Source: a bacterium (lineage in GTDB: Bacteria; UBA8248; JACPRG01; G963555815). From it: DNA of 64,000 nt. The stretch covers positions 448,001 through 512,000 of the forward strand of contig CAUVWX020000002.1 in NCBI GenBank assembly GCA_963555815.3, in the 5' to 3' direction. This document shows, in pieces, positions 27,797-37,186 of this stretch. The notes beneath the pieces were generated by a model. That model was not told the DNA's origin and searched no databases. It saw nothing but the letters and a program-made list of their open reading frames with translations. Position numbers and translations under genes: made by a program. Each line of letters begins with the position of its first letter. Position 1 is the stretch's first letter.

Positions 27797-29158
27797 GTGA
27801 CTGTTAACGCCGAGATTTTCCGAGAATATGATATCCGCGGCATCGTGGAAGAGGACCTGGATGTCCTGACGATCCGCTCCATCGGCCGGGGGATTGGGAC
27901 ATACCTGAGCGGACAAAGCGGAGGAACGCTAGCCGTCGGGAGGGACAGCCGTCTGAGCTCCCCGGCCGTCCGCGTGAGCCTTATCGACGGGCTTCGGGCC
28001 TCGGGTTGCAACGTGATCGATATTGGCATGGTGCCGACCCCCGTCCTCTATTTCGCCCTTCATCACCTGGACGTCCAGGGGGGGGTGATGGTGACAGGCA
28101 GCCACAATCCCCCAGAGTACAACGGGTTTAAGATCAACCGGGGGGAGCAGAGCCTGGCGGGAGAGGAGATCCGCGCCATTCACCGCATCATCGAGGAGCG
28201 AGCCTATTCGGAGGGAAATGGCATCGCTCGGCCGGCCGATGTCATGGCAGCCTACCGAACTCTCGTGGAATCTAAGTTTTCATTCTCCCGCTCCCTCAAG
28301 GTGGTGGTGGACGCTGGGAACGGGGTCGCGGGAGCCGTGGCGGTCCCTATCCTGGAAGCCTTTGGCCACACGGTTTTTCCTCTCTACTGCGATCCCGATG
28401 GGCATTTCCCAAATCACCACCCGGACCCCTCGGTTCCGGAAAACCTGGCCGATCTCAGCGCCTTCGTCTTGCAAGAGGGCGCCGATCTCGGCATCGCCTT
28501 TGACGGTGACGGCGACCGCCTGGGGGCGGTGGATGAGAGGGGGAACATCCTCTGGCCGGACCAGCTACTCATCCTCTTTGCACGCGACCTCCTCGCCCAT
28601 CGGCCAGGAGCCCCCATTATCTTTGACGTGAAGTGCACCCAAAATCTCCCACGGGCGATCGAGATGGCCGGCGGCCAACCCATCATGTGGAAGGCCGGAC
28701 ACTCCCTCATCAAGAAGAAGCTGCGGGCAGAGGGGTCCCCTTTGGGTGGAGAATTCTCAGGGCATTTCTTTTTCGCGGACGACTACTTCGGTTACGATGA
28801 CGCCCTCTATGCCGCCCTCCGTCTCGTGGATCTCCTCTGCCGGGCGGAAACACCCCTCTCCTCCCTGCTCGCCGACCTCCCCAGGCTTTATAGCTCTCCA
28901 GAGTTGAAATTTTCCTGTCCCGACGCAGAAAAGTTTCAGGTGGTGGAAGCGTTAAAGGATCGCTTGAGGGACCGATATCATTTCCTTGAAATAGATGGTA
29001 TTAGAATAGAATTCGAGGACGGCTGGGGGCTGATCCGGGCCTCCAACACCACGCCCGCCTTGACGGCCCGATTTGAGGCCAAAAGTCCGGAGCGGCTGAA
29101 GGCCATCCAAGAGGAGATCCTCGATCATCTCAAGGCCTTCTCCTCCGTCGAGGCCTGA
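27797..29158 (+). CDS. Phosphomannomutase/phosphoglucomutase (AlgC-like)
   Basis: IFREYDIRG, TGSHNP, DGDGDR, GEFSGH, RASNT; start could also be 27764. Confidence 0.93.
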   Translation: MTVNAEIFREYDIRGIVEEDLDVLTIRSIGRGIGTYLSGQSGGTLAVGRDSRLSSPAVRVSLIDGLRASGCNVIDIGMVPTPVLYFALHHLDVQGGVMVTGSHNPPEYNGFKINRGEQSLAGEEIRAIHRIIEERAYSEGNGIARPADVMAAYRTLVESKFSFSRSLKVVVDAGNGVAGAVAVPILEAFGHTVFPLYCDPDGHFPNHHPDPSVPENLADLSAFVLQEGADLGIAFDGDGDRLGAVDERGNILWPDQLLILFARDLLAHRPGAPIIFDVKCTQNLPRAIEMAGGQPIMWKAGHSLIKKKLRAEGSPLGGEFSGHFFFADDYFGYDDALYAALRLVDLLCRAETPLSSLLADLPRLYSSPELKFSCPDAEKFQVVEALKDRLRDRYHFLEIDGIRIEFEDGWGLIRASNTTPALTARFEAKSPERLKAIQEEILDHLKAFSSVEA

Positions 29159-29160
29159 GG

Positions 29161-29772
29161 ATGCTGAGAGGTCTCTTCGACTGGGTCGTCAGCTGGGCAC
29201 AGACACCGTATGGGGTGTGGGCCCTTGGGATCCTGGCCTTCACCGAATCCTCTTTCTTTCCCATCCCCCCCGATCCACTGCTGATTGTGCTGGCCCTTGG
29301 GGATCCTAGCCGAGCCCTGTGGTACGCTCTCCTCGCCTCGATCGCGTCGGTCCTGGGCGGGATGCTCGGCTACCTGATTGGGTGGGGCTTTATGGAGGCA
29401 GTGGGAAACCGCATTATGGACTTCTACGGGGGGCGCCGGAGGTTCGACGCCATCAAAGCTCTTTATGATCGGTATGACGCCTGGGCGGTCGGCATTGCCG
29501 GGTTCACTCCCATCCCCTACAAGCTTTTCACCATCTCCGCAGGTGTCTTCCGGATCAACTTCAAGGTGTTCGTCTTGGTCTCCGCCGTCAGCCGGTCGGC
29601 CCGCTTCTTCCTCGTGGCGGGGGTCATCTATCTCTTCGGAGAATCGATCCAATCATTCATTGACCAGTATTTCAATCTCCTCTCCCTCCTCTTTGTCATC
29701 CTGCTTGTCCTGGGATTTGTGGTCGTGCGTTGGGGCCTCAATCGGACGGCTCAACCGCAATCGAGTCGATGA
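29161..29772 (+). CDS. YqaA/DedA-family membrane protein
   Basis: AF.ESSFFPIPPD, GFTPIPYK.FTI.AG, SR..RFF. Confidence 0.9.
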   Translation: MLRGLFDWVVSWAQTPYGVWALGILAFTESSFFPIPPDPLLIVLALGDPSRALWYALLASIASVLGGMLGYLIGWGFMEAVGNRIMDFYGGRRRFDAIKALYDRYDAWAVGIAGFTPIPYKLFTISAGVFRINFKVFVLVSAVSRSARFFLVAGVIYLFGESIQSFIDQYFNLLSLLFVILLVLGFVVVRWGLNRTAQPQSSR

Positions 29773-30857
29773 GAAATCGCAAAGCGTACGCGGTCATCTT
29801 GGCAGGTGGAGCCGGGAGCCGTCTCTGGCCCATCAGTCGACGGGCCCGTCCCAAGCCCCTCCTCCAGTTGGGCGATCACCGCACGCTGTTACAGACCACG
29901 GTAGGTCGCTTGAAGGGCCTCATCCCTGCCTCGCGAACCCTGGTGGTAGCCGCTCGGGAAAGGGCCAGGGACATCCGGTCCCAACTGCCCGACTTGCCGC
30001 GGAAAAATCTCCTGCTGGAGCCCATCGGGAGAAATACGGCCGCCTCCCTTGGCCTCGCCGCCCTCAAAGTTCACGAGCTCGATCCAAAGGGGCTCCTCGC
30101 TGTCCTTCCGGCGGACCATCAGATCTCAGATGCCCCCGGGCTGCGCCGCCTCCTCAAGGCCGCGCTGGCGTGGGCCCAAGAGACGGAGGACATCGTCATC
30201 TTTGGCGTCCGCCCTGACCGCCCCGAGACAGGATACGGCTACATCCGTCGCGGGGAGCCGGTGGGGCGCGCAGGGGCCTGGACGGTCCACCGCGCCACCG
30301 CTTTCGTAGAGAAGCCCGGCCTAAGACGCGTCCGTCAGTATCTGTCCGACGGGCAATATGAATGGAATAGCGGAATGTTTGTCCTCTCCGCCGCCCGCGC
30401 GCTTTCAGAAATCAAAGGGCAAATCCCAAAGCTTCACCGGGGACTCCTTCGGCTGGGACCTACGCTGACTCACTCCAGGGGGCCTAGCCCCCAAGTGTTC
30501 CGAGGCCTTCCCGCCATCTCCATCGATCACGGCATCCTAGTCGGAGCTTCTCGGGCGGGCAGCACGGCCCTCCTCCCCTGCCGAGTGGGATGGAACGACG
30601 TGGGAGACTTTGGCGCCCTCGCCCGGCTGGCCAAAACCCGAAAGGGAGGCCATCGGGTCTGGGGGACCCACCTTGGCATCGAGACCCGGGACACGATCCT
30701 CTACGCCCCCGGAAAGCTCATCGCCACGCTTGGCGTCGAGAATCTCATCGTCGTAGATACCCAAGATGCCGTTCTCATCTGTCCCAAGGATCGGGCCCAA
30801 GAGGTCAGACGTCTGGTCGAGGCCCTCAGCCGAAAGGACCTGAAGAGATATCTGTGA
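29769..30857 (+). CDS. manC: Mannose-1-phosphate guanylyltransferase (no isomerase domain)
   Basis: ILAGG.GSRLWP.SR...PK, EP.GRNTA, PADH, FVEKP, WNSGMF, W.DVG. Confidence 0.9.
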   Translation: MRNRKAYAVILAGGAGSRLWPISRRARPKPLLQLGDHRTLLQTTVGRLKGLIPASRTLVVAARERARDIRSQLPDLPRKNLLLEPIGRNTAASLGLAALKVHELDPKGLLAVLPADHQISDAPGLRRLLKAALAWAQETEDIVIFGVRPDRPETGYGYIRRGEPVGRAGAWTVHRATAFVEKPGLRRVRQYLSDGQYEWNSGMFVLSAARALSEIKGQIPKLHRGLLRLGPTLTHSRGPSPQVFRGLPAISIDHGILVGASRAGSTALLPCRVGWNDVGDFGALARLAKTRKGGHRVWGTHLGIETRDTILYAPGKLIATLGVENLIVVDTQDAVLICPKDRAQEVRRLVEALSRKDLKRYL

Positions 30858-30910
30858 TCTGGTCATCCCCTTGGGTGACCGACAGGAGAAACGCTTTGTG
30901 GGGGGTCGAC

Positions 30911-31669
30911 ATGCTGCGTGACATCCTGAAGGCCCTGGGCCTTAGCCTGCTTTCTCTCCTGATTTTCTCGGCTCCCGGCTGGGCGGAGCGGGAGATCCTC
31001 CTTCAGTTCCAGGACGGGAGCGAACAGAAGATACGCCTTCCTCGCGAATCAGGCGAGGTGAGAGGCGTTGAGATCCGGGACCTGTCACCTCCGAGGACTT
31101 TCCTCTTCAGCGAGGAACTCTCTGAAGAGTTTGAAGGCCGGCGCCTGTCATCCAGATGGGACTGGCTTCGGGAACCCCGGGGACACTGGGTGGTCCGGGA
31201 GGGGCAGTTCCACCTGACCACCACCGGCACCAGCTTTTTCGGGGCTGACAACACCGCCCCTCTCCTCTACCGGCCAGCCCCCCAAGGGGATTTCGACGCC
31301 GTGACACTTGTGCTGGCAAGCCCGCGCCGGCGCTGGGAGCAGGGGGGGATATTCCTCTACCAGGACGATGACAACTACATTCGAGTGACACACGTCGGGG
31401 TGGGAGAGGAAAGCCAGATCGAAAGCATCCAGGAGATCCGGGGCCAACCTGAAGGGATTCGGGTCGCGACCTCGTCGCCGAGCGAGGTCTTCCTTCGGAT
31501 CCGGGTCGAAGGAAGCCTTGTCGAGACCGCTCATTCAGCGGACGGGGAGCAGTGGACCGTGGTGGCCCGCTACTTCCAAACCTACCCTGAACCCCAGATC
31601 GGCATCTCGGCCTTCGGCAGGACCGGCAGCCCCTTCGCCTTCGATTTCATCCGGCTCTTCGTCCCATAA
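30911..31669 (+). CDS. Secreted protein with ConA-like beta-sandwich (DUF1349/beta-xylosidase C-terminal-like)
   Basis: Signal peptide (GWA), AP.L...GDF, Q.G....QDDDNY, LR, S.DG..W motifs. Confidence 0.65.
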   Translation: MLRDILKALGLSLLSLLIFSAPGWAEREILLQFQDGSEQKIRLPRESGEVRGVEIRDLSPPRTFLFSEELSEEFEGRRLSSRWDWLREPRGHWVVREGQFHLTTTGTSFFGADNTAPLLYRPAPQGDFDAVTLVLASPRRRWEQGGIFLYQDDDNYIRVTHVGVGEESQIESIQEIRGQPEGIRVATSSPSEVFLRIRVEGSLVETAHSADGEQWTVVARYFQTYPEPQIGISAFGRTGSPFAFDFIRLFVP

Positions 31670-31694
31670 GCACTTTCCAGCCCCCAGGAGGCAG

Positions 31695-31877
31695 ATGATG
31701 AGAGACGAGCTGGATGCGGCCATCGAGCTTTATCAGGGGATGCCTCTCGCAGGCCGCACCCACTGGCGGAAGCGAGCCCTCCCCTCCATTCGGTTTGAAA
31801 GTGAAGAGGAGAAAAAGAAGTTCGTCGAAGACTTGGACCGAATCGACCAAGGTGAGGAGCCCGAGAACATTTCGTGA
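31695..31877 (+). CDS. Small hypothetical protein (about 60 aa)
   Basis: AGGAGG RBS just before ATGATG; follows the previous gene in the same direction. Confidence 0.55.
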   Translation: MMRDELDAAIELYQGMPLAGRTHWRKRALPSIRFESEEEKKKFVEDLDRIDQGEEPENIS

Positions 31878-32035
31878 AAAAGAGACAGGCCTCTACAACA
31901 CACAGAAAGAGGGCAACACTTTACGGCATCAATACCTAATCTATTGAATAAAGATATATATTATATATATTTGAAATCAATGGGATTAAAATTTATTTCA
32001 TCTGGGTCGCCTGGGAAGAAGCACGCTGCCAGGTC

Positions 32036-33253
32036 TCAGAGATCCATCCGGGCTGGAAGGTAGCAGGACAGGTCAACCCCGGGAAACTCCGGGGTCTTTC
32101 CTCTGATTAGTTCTGCGATGATCTTCCCTGTAATGGGGGCGAGGGTGACGCCGTCTCCCTCGTGGCCCGTCGCGTACCAGAGACCTTCGACACGGGCAGA
32201 GGGGCCGATCAGCGGACGGTGGTCCGGCGTCCAGGGGCGCAGCCCCGCAAAAGAGCGCGCGAGGGAGACATTTGAAAGGATTGGGAACCACCTCCGAGCA
32301 CTCTGAAGGATAGCCTCCCGCCCCCTATCCGTTACGGTCTCCTCAAAGCCTGCGAACTCCCGCGTCGAGCCCAGGTAGCAACTCCCCCCGGGGTGCTGCT
32401 GAAAAGAGAAGCTGTGGAGGAACCCGGGAAGGGTAGTTTCATCACACTGGATCTCGGGTTTCCCGCCAACGGATGTCTTCTCTTGCCCCCCCCGAAGCTT
32501 TTGCAGGATGTAATCGGCGCTCCAGATGAGGTATTGGCTCACAGGACCTATCTCCTCAGTGACGAGGACCTGGCCGCGGCGAGGCAGGATCGGGACCTCA
32601 AGACCAAGGCCCTCTGTCACCCTGGGGGACCAGACCCCGGCCGCCAGGACAACGCCATCGGCCTCATATTCTCCCTTCTCGGTCTTCACTCCCTTGATCC
32701 TTCCCCCCTCAGTGAGAAGTTTCTGGACAGGCTCCCGCTCGCGGATGAGGGCACCCGCCCTGGTCGCCCCCTCAAGGAGTGCTCGGGCCGCCGCCTCAGC
32801 GCCGACCAGGGTCCCGATGGGGCAAAACAGGCCTCCCAGGGTCTCAACGCTCAACTCCGGCACCCTTCGCCTCACCTCTGCGGGCTCTAAAAGCTCGGCA
32901 CCCACCCCCAGGGCCTTAATGCCCCGAACGCAAGCCTCCAGTTGGGAGGGAGTTCCCTCAGTCCCCTCGGCCAGGACCATGATCGAGCCTCGTTCCTCAA
33001 AGAGAAAAGGGCGGGGGAGAATTTTCAGGAGCACCTCATAAAGGCGGCGGCTCTCAAGGGCGATGGCCATCTGTTGGTCAGGGGTCCTGCTGACGAGGTC
33101 CAGAACCCCCGTATTCCTGGCAGTCGTCCCGCAGGCGCACTCATCCCGCTCAAAGAGGTTCACCCGTATGCCCTCCTGGCTGAGGAAGTAGGCGACGGAC
33201 GCGCCGACGATGCCGCCCCCGATGATGATGACGCTTTTGAGATCTTTCAACAT
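32036..33253 (-). CDS. FAD-dependent oxidoreductase (DAO/glycine oxidase/SoxB family)
   Basis: IIGGGIVG, LAAG.WS, PRRGQ, AGLRP.TPD..P.IG, ATGHEG.G.TLAP.TG. Confidence 0.9.
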   Translation of the reverse strand: MLKDLKSVIIIGGGIVGASVAYFLSQEGIRVNLFERDECACGTTARNTGVLDLVSRTPDQQMAIALESRRLYEVLLKILPRPFLFEERGSIMVLAEGTEGTPSQLEACVRGIKALGVGAELLEPAEVRRRVPELSVETLGGLFCPIGTLVGAEAAARALLEGATRAGALIREREPVQKLLTEGGRIKGVKTEKGEYEADGVVLAAGVWSPRVTEGLGLEVPILPRRGQVLVTEEIGPVSQYLIWSADYILQKLRGGQEKTSVGGKPEIQCDETTLPGFLHSFSFQQHPGGSCYLGSTREFAGFEETVTDRGREAILQSARRWFPILSNVSLARSFAGLRPWTPDHRPLIGPSARVEGLWYATGHEGDGVTLAPITGKIIAELIRGKTPEFPGVDLSCYLPARMDL

Positions 33254-33329
33254 ATCCTCATTCGAGGGGAGTCCCTGATAAAAAGATCGCTATGAAGCAG
33301 TCTAGTGGAGAGGGATTAAAGCGGCCAAT

Positions 33330-34025
33330 CTATCGAAGGTATACGTTAATACCGAAGCCGATGTGCTGGGATTGGATCTCGAACGCGTCCGTGACTCCCG
33401 AGTCTACAAAGCGAATGTCATCCGTCAGCGTGAACTTGTACTCAGCGAAAACTGAAACGTGACGGGTCAAGAAAGCGGACAACCCGGCCACGGCTTGGCC
33501 TCCCCCCACCGTGTCCGTTGCGTCAAAGTTGCCGCCCGTAATCTCTGCACTGGACATAAAAACCCCGCCGCCAACGCCGAGGTAAGGCTCAAACCTCCGC
33601 TCGAACCTCTCATTTTGAAATCTCGTCGGAATGACGATGGGGAAACGGCCCAGAAGGCCGAAGGTGATGGCCGTGGTCCTTACATTCATCTGAGTGGTGG
33701 TGGCCTGGGTGACGGGAAGGCCAGAGATGGTCCCCGTTGCGGAGACATTTTGTGCCGGGACGTCCGAGGTAAAGTTGTAGACATCAAGCTGAAGCCCGAA
33801 AAAGCGCCCAACCCAATATCCCACCTTGCCGCCAAAAAGGGGCCCGGTTTGCAAATCAACTTCCTGAAACGTCACATTCCTCGTCGATGAGGTTTCGCGA
33901 ATGTCCTCATCCCGGTTAAGGGAAATGCCCCCATAACCGGAGATAAATAACTCGGCTTTGGCAATCGCGGCTTGGCCCAGAACCAACCACAAGCCAAGAA
34001 CTAGAGAAAGGAAAAAGCGATTCAT
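33330..34025 (-). CDS. Outer-membrane beta-barrel protein (OmpA/OmpW-like small barrel)
   Basis: Signal peptide (AKA), amphipathic strands GGKVGYW, EPYLGVGGG, GGQAVAG, VFAEYKF. Confidence 0.8.
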   Translation of the reverse strand: MNRFFLSLVLGLWLVLGQAAIAKAELFISGYGGISLNRDEDIRETSSTRNVTFQEVDLQTGPLFGGKVGYWVGRFFGLQLDVYNFTSDVPAQNVSATGTISGLPVTQATTTQMNVRTTAITFGLLGRFPIVIPTRFQNERFERRFEPYLGVGGGVFMSSAEITGGNFDATDTVGGGQAVAGLSAFLTRHVSVFAEYKFTLTDDIRFVDSGVTDAFEIQSQHIGFGINVYLR

Positions 34026-34066
34026 CCAGATACCCCCTGCTGCTAAGCACCAATACAATCACTGCA

Positions 34067-34095
34067 ATGCTAAATATTTTTATAGATTTTTACAA
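34067..34095 (-). promoter_or_regulatory. Putative sigma70 promoter for the beta-barrel gene
   Basis: TTGTAA-17 nt-TAGCAT with a very AT-rich spacer. Confidence 0.45.
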
Positions 34096-34240
34096 ACAGA
34101 AATTTTTGCCGTGAGAATTGAGTCCTCGCCCGCAACGATTTTCGCTCAATCTCAGGGACTTGACAAGGGAAAGGCATGGTAACATGTCTCCCACTTCCTT
34201 AAGGACTGGGGGTTCTGCCTTGAAGGGGGAGGGGGTTGGG

Positions 34241-34843
34241 ATGCGCCGAGTTCTCGCACCGGGGTGGCTAATCCTGCTGCTCTACGGATGCTCTTTCTAC
34301 TCCGCCGAGCCCCTTCGCCTCGAAAACCTCGCTCAGGCCCCCTACCACAGCGAAGAGGAATCAATCTATTTCATCATCAGGCCCATGGACCTCCTTGAAG
34401 ACACGAATGAATATTTTCAGGCCGACTTGATAGAAGAGGGGTTTCTCCCCTTCCACCTCCTCGTCCTCAATCGGGGGAACGACCGAATCTCACTCGGCCG
34501 AAACCGGGTCTCTCTCGCCTTGAACGGGACCTCCCCGCTCTCGCCAACACCCGCCAAAAAAGTGGCCAGCGAACTGAACACCTCCAAGTTCTCGGGGCTT
34601 CCCATATTCCTCAGCATCCCTGCCCTGGCAAGCGCCTTCTGGACAGATTACAACCGCTCGTATGACTATCAGCAGAAGGAATTTCCAGACCAAATCGTTG
34701 TGGGACCCCAAGAAGCGGTCGCCGGCGTCGTTTTCTTCAAGCTCCCGGAACAGGTGGACAGCGCCTCAGGAAGTCAGATCGCAGTCCGCTTTCGAAATCT
34801 CCGCACCAGGACTGATCAGAAGGTTACCCTGCTCTTTCGCTAG
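34241..34843 (+). CDS. Hypothetical lipoprotein
   Basis: Lipobox LYGC after a hydrophobic stretch; GGAGG RBS upstream of ATG 34241. Confidence 0.7.
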   Translation: MRRVLAPGWLILLLYGCSFYSAEPLRLENLAQAPYHSEEESIYFIIRPMDLLEDTNEYFQADLIEEGFLPFHLLVLNRGNDRISLGRNRVSLALNGTSPLSPTPAKKVASELNTSKFSGLPIFLSIPALASAFWTDYNRSYDYQQKEFPDQIVVGPQEAVAGVVFFKLPEQVDSASGSQIAVRFRNLRTRTDQKVTLLFR

Positions 34844-34957
34844 CCGCCGATTCCCTGATTGACAGCCCGCTGTCTGGCAGAAGGATGCGGACGGGGGGTG
34901 ATCTGAGTGACCCTCGCGTCGCCTAGATGGTGGGAGCAAGAAGGGAGGCGCTAAGGC

Positions 34958-35524
34958 TCATTTGGCCCGTTCCACGTAGGCACCCGTCCGGGTATCAATC
35001 CGGATGGCCTCTCCCTGATTCACGAACAGGGGAACCTGGACCACCGCCCCCGTTTCCAAGGTGGCCCGCTTGGTCCCCCCGACGGCCGTATCGCCCCGGA
35101 CTCCCGGGTCTGTCTCCGTGATCCGAAGCTCAACAAAGGTGGGAAGGTCTACGCCGATGGGAACCCGGTTGTGGAAGAGGACGGCGACGGTGACGTTGTC
35201 CTGGAGCCAGTTGACGGCGTCTCCCAGATGCTCTCGCGTCAGAAACTCCTGCTCGTAGTTCGAGGTGTCCATAAAGCAGTACCGGTCGCCCTCCCGATAG
35301 AGGTACTGCATCTGCCGGTCTTCCAGGTCGGGGGTATTGACTTTCTCTCCGGAGCGGAAGGTCTTGTCCTGAACCAAGCCGGTGCGAAGACTTTTCAGGC
35401 GCGTCTTGACGAAGGCGGCCCCCTTCCCCGGCTTGACATGCTGGCACTCCGCGATGAGAAAGGGCTCACCGTTGAGTTCGATCTTGAAGCCGTTTTTAAA
35501 CTGAGTGGTCGATGCGGTCCCCAC
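34958..35524 (-). CDS. efp: Elongation factor P
   Basis: HVKPGKG, QYLY, PGVRGDT, LETG..VQVPLF, DTR.G.Y.ER. Confidence 0.97.
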   Translation of the reverse strand: MGTASTTQFKNGFKIELNGEPFLIAECQHVKPGKGAAFVKTRLKSLRTGLVQDKTFRSGEKVNTPDLEDRQMQYLYREGDRYCFMDTSNYEQEFLTREHLGDAVNWLQDNVTVAVLFHNRVPIGVDLPTFVELRITETDPGVRGDTAVGGTKRATLETGAVVQVPLFVNQGEAIRIDTRTGAYVERAK

Positions 35525-35532
35525 GCTCGCCC

Positions 35533-36603
35533 CTAAGCAATGGCGACCAAATCCTTGGAGATGGCTGCCGTCAGGACTTCGACTCCCTTCGGGGTCACCA
35601 AGGCCATATCCTCGATTCGAACGCCGCCGATCCCCGGCAGATAGATCCCCGGCTCAACGGTGAACACCATCCCCGGCTTGAGCTCACGCTCCTGGCCCTC
35701 GGCAATCCGAAGGGGCTCGTGGACTTCCAGGCCGAGCCCGTGGCCAGTCCCGTGGCCGAAGTTTTCACCGTAGCCAGCTTCTTGGATAACGCTGCGGGCC
35801 GCGTCATCTACCTTCCCGGCCTTCACGCCGGGGCGGACCGCCTCAATCCCGGCCCGATTGGCCCGAAGGACGACCTCGTAAACCTCAATCAGCTTTTCCT
35901 CGACCGCCCCGACGGGGACGGTGCGGGTCAGGTCGCTGAAGTAGCCCTGGGCGCAGGCCCCAAAATCCACCGTCACCATCTCTCCCCTGCGGACAACCTT
36001 GTCAGAGGCCCGGGCGTGAGGAAGGGCCCCTCGGGGGCCTGAAGCGACGATGAGGTCAAAGGGGGTTTGCTCTGACCCCAGGCTCTTCAATTGGAACTCC
36101 AACTCCAAGGCCACCTCCCGCTCACTGGCCCCTTCCGCGATGAAGCCGACCGTCTCCTCCCAGGCCTCGACGGCAATCTCAACGGCTCGGCGCATGGCCA
36201 ACAGCTCTTCTGAATCCTTGATGTGCCTAAATTCTTCCACCGCCTCCCGGGTCGGAACCAGGGGGAACCCCTCCAGTTCTTTCGCCAGGCCCTCATAGAT
36301 CTGATAAGAGAGGTGCCCCGCCTCAAACTTGAGCCGACGTGCCCCGAAGGAGCGGACGGCCTCGGCCAGCTCGGGAAGCTGCATCTTATAGATGAGCCGA
36401 GGGAGGCCTTTCACCTCCTCCTCCGCCTGAATGAGGTAACGAAAATCGGTGAGAAAGAGTTCCTCCCCGGGCGTCAGGAGAAGCAGGGCTGAGGAGCCCG
36501 TGAACCCAGAGAGATAGCGGATATTCTCCAGTGAAGAGACGAGAAAGGCCTCCCCACTCTCCAGAGTGGACCGCAGAGCCTTTCTGCGTCTTTCATGGGG
36601 CAA
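35533..36603 (-). CDS. Xaa-Pro aminopeptidase (M24B, YqhT/PepP-like)
   Basis: YLSGF.GS, TD.RY, IVASG.R.ALPH, DFG, HG.GHG.GLEVHE, TVEPGIY, GVRIED. Confidence 0.93.
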   Translation of the reverse strand: MPHERRRKALRSTLESGEAFLVSSLENIRYLSGFTGSSALLLLTPGEELFLTDFRYLIQAEEEVKGLPRLIYKMQLPELAEAVRSFGARRLKFEAGHLSYQIYEGLAKELEGFPLVPTREAVEEFRHIKDSEELLAMRRAVEIAVEAWEETVGFIAEGASEREVALELEFQLKSLGSEQTPFDLIVASGPRGALPHARASDKVVRRGEMVTVDFGACAQGYFSDLTRTVPVGAVEEKLIEVYEVVLRANRAGIEAVRPGVKAGKVDDAARSVIQEAGYGENFGHGTGHGLGLEVHEPLRIAEGQERELKPGMVFTVEPGIYLPGIGGVRIEDMALVTPKGVEVLTAAISKDLVAIA

Positions 36604-36620
36604 TATGGGTCCGTCCTCCC

Positions 36621-37076
36621 TTATCCTTTCTTCTTCTCTTTCCCTGCCAGGAGGTCCATGGCGGCGACAAGGGCCAGCTCGTAGCCCTGGGCTCCCAGCC
36701 CCACGATCTGGCCCACGGTGACCGGGGAGATCAGGGAGGACGACCGGAAGGGCTCTCGGGCGTAAATGTTCGTCAGGTGGACTTCGATGGTGGGGATCCC
36801 CACGGCGGCGACGGCATCCCGCAGGGAGACACCATAGTGCGTATAGCCCCCCGGGTTGATAATCATGAAGTCGACTTCTCCGAGCGCCTTATGGATGCGA
36901 TCGATAAGGGCCCCCTCGTGATTGCTTTGAAAGGTCTCAAGGGTGACCCCGCGTTCGGTGGCCAGGGCCTGAAGGCGACCGTCGATCTCCTTCAGGGTCT
37001 GAAACCCGTAGAGCTCGGGTTCACGGGCACCCAGGAGATCCATGTTGGGGCCATGCAGGACAAGAACCTTCGCCAC
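36621..37076 (-). CDS. aroQ: Type II 3-dehydroquinate dehydratase
   Basis: HGPN..LLG.REP..YG, FQSNHEG, INPGGYTH, EVHL.N..ARE.FR. Confidence 0.95.
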   Translation of the reverse strand: MAKVLVLHGPNMDLLGAREPELYGFQTLKEIDGRLQALATERGVTLETFQSNHEGALIDRIHKALGEVDFMIINPGGYTHYGVSLRDAVAAVGIPTIEVHLTNIYAREPFRSSSLISPVTVGQIVGLGAQGYELALVAAMDLLAGKEKKKG

Positions 37077-37186
37077 CGGATTTTCCCCTCTCAAAGTGCA
37101 AACGCCCCCTTCCGTGGGGGCTTCGGTGAAGAGTCTAGATCTCTCCCTTCCGCCAAGTCAACTCTCAAAGGGGGAATCCAGAGGTT

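Noticed and set aside
31944..31971. dif (XerCD) site
   Set aside because: TATATA followed by TTATAT resembles the core, but the XerD arm matches only about 7/11 and the XerC arm is poor.
34160..34185. TTGACA...TAACAT promoter for the lipoprotein gene
   Set aside because: The spacer is only 14 nt. It may work as an extended -10, but I cannot support it as a canonical promoter.
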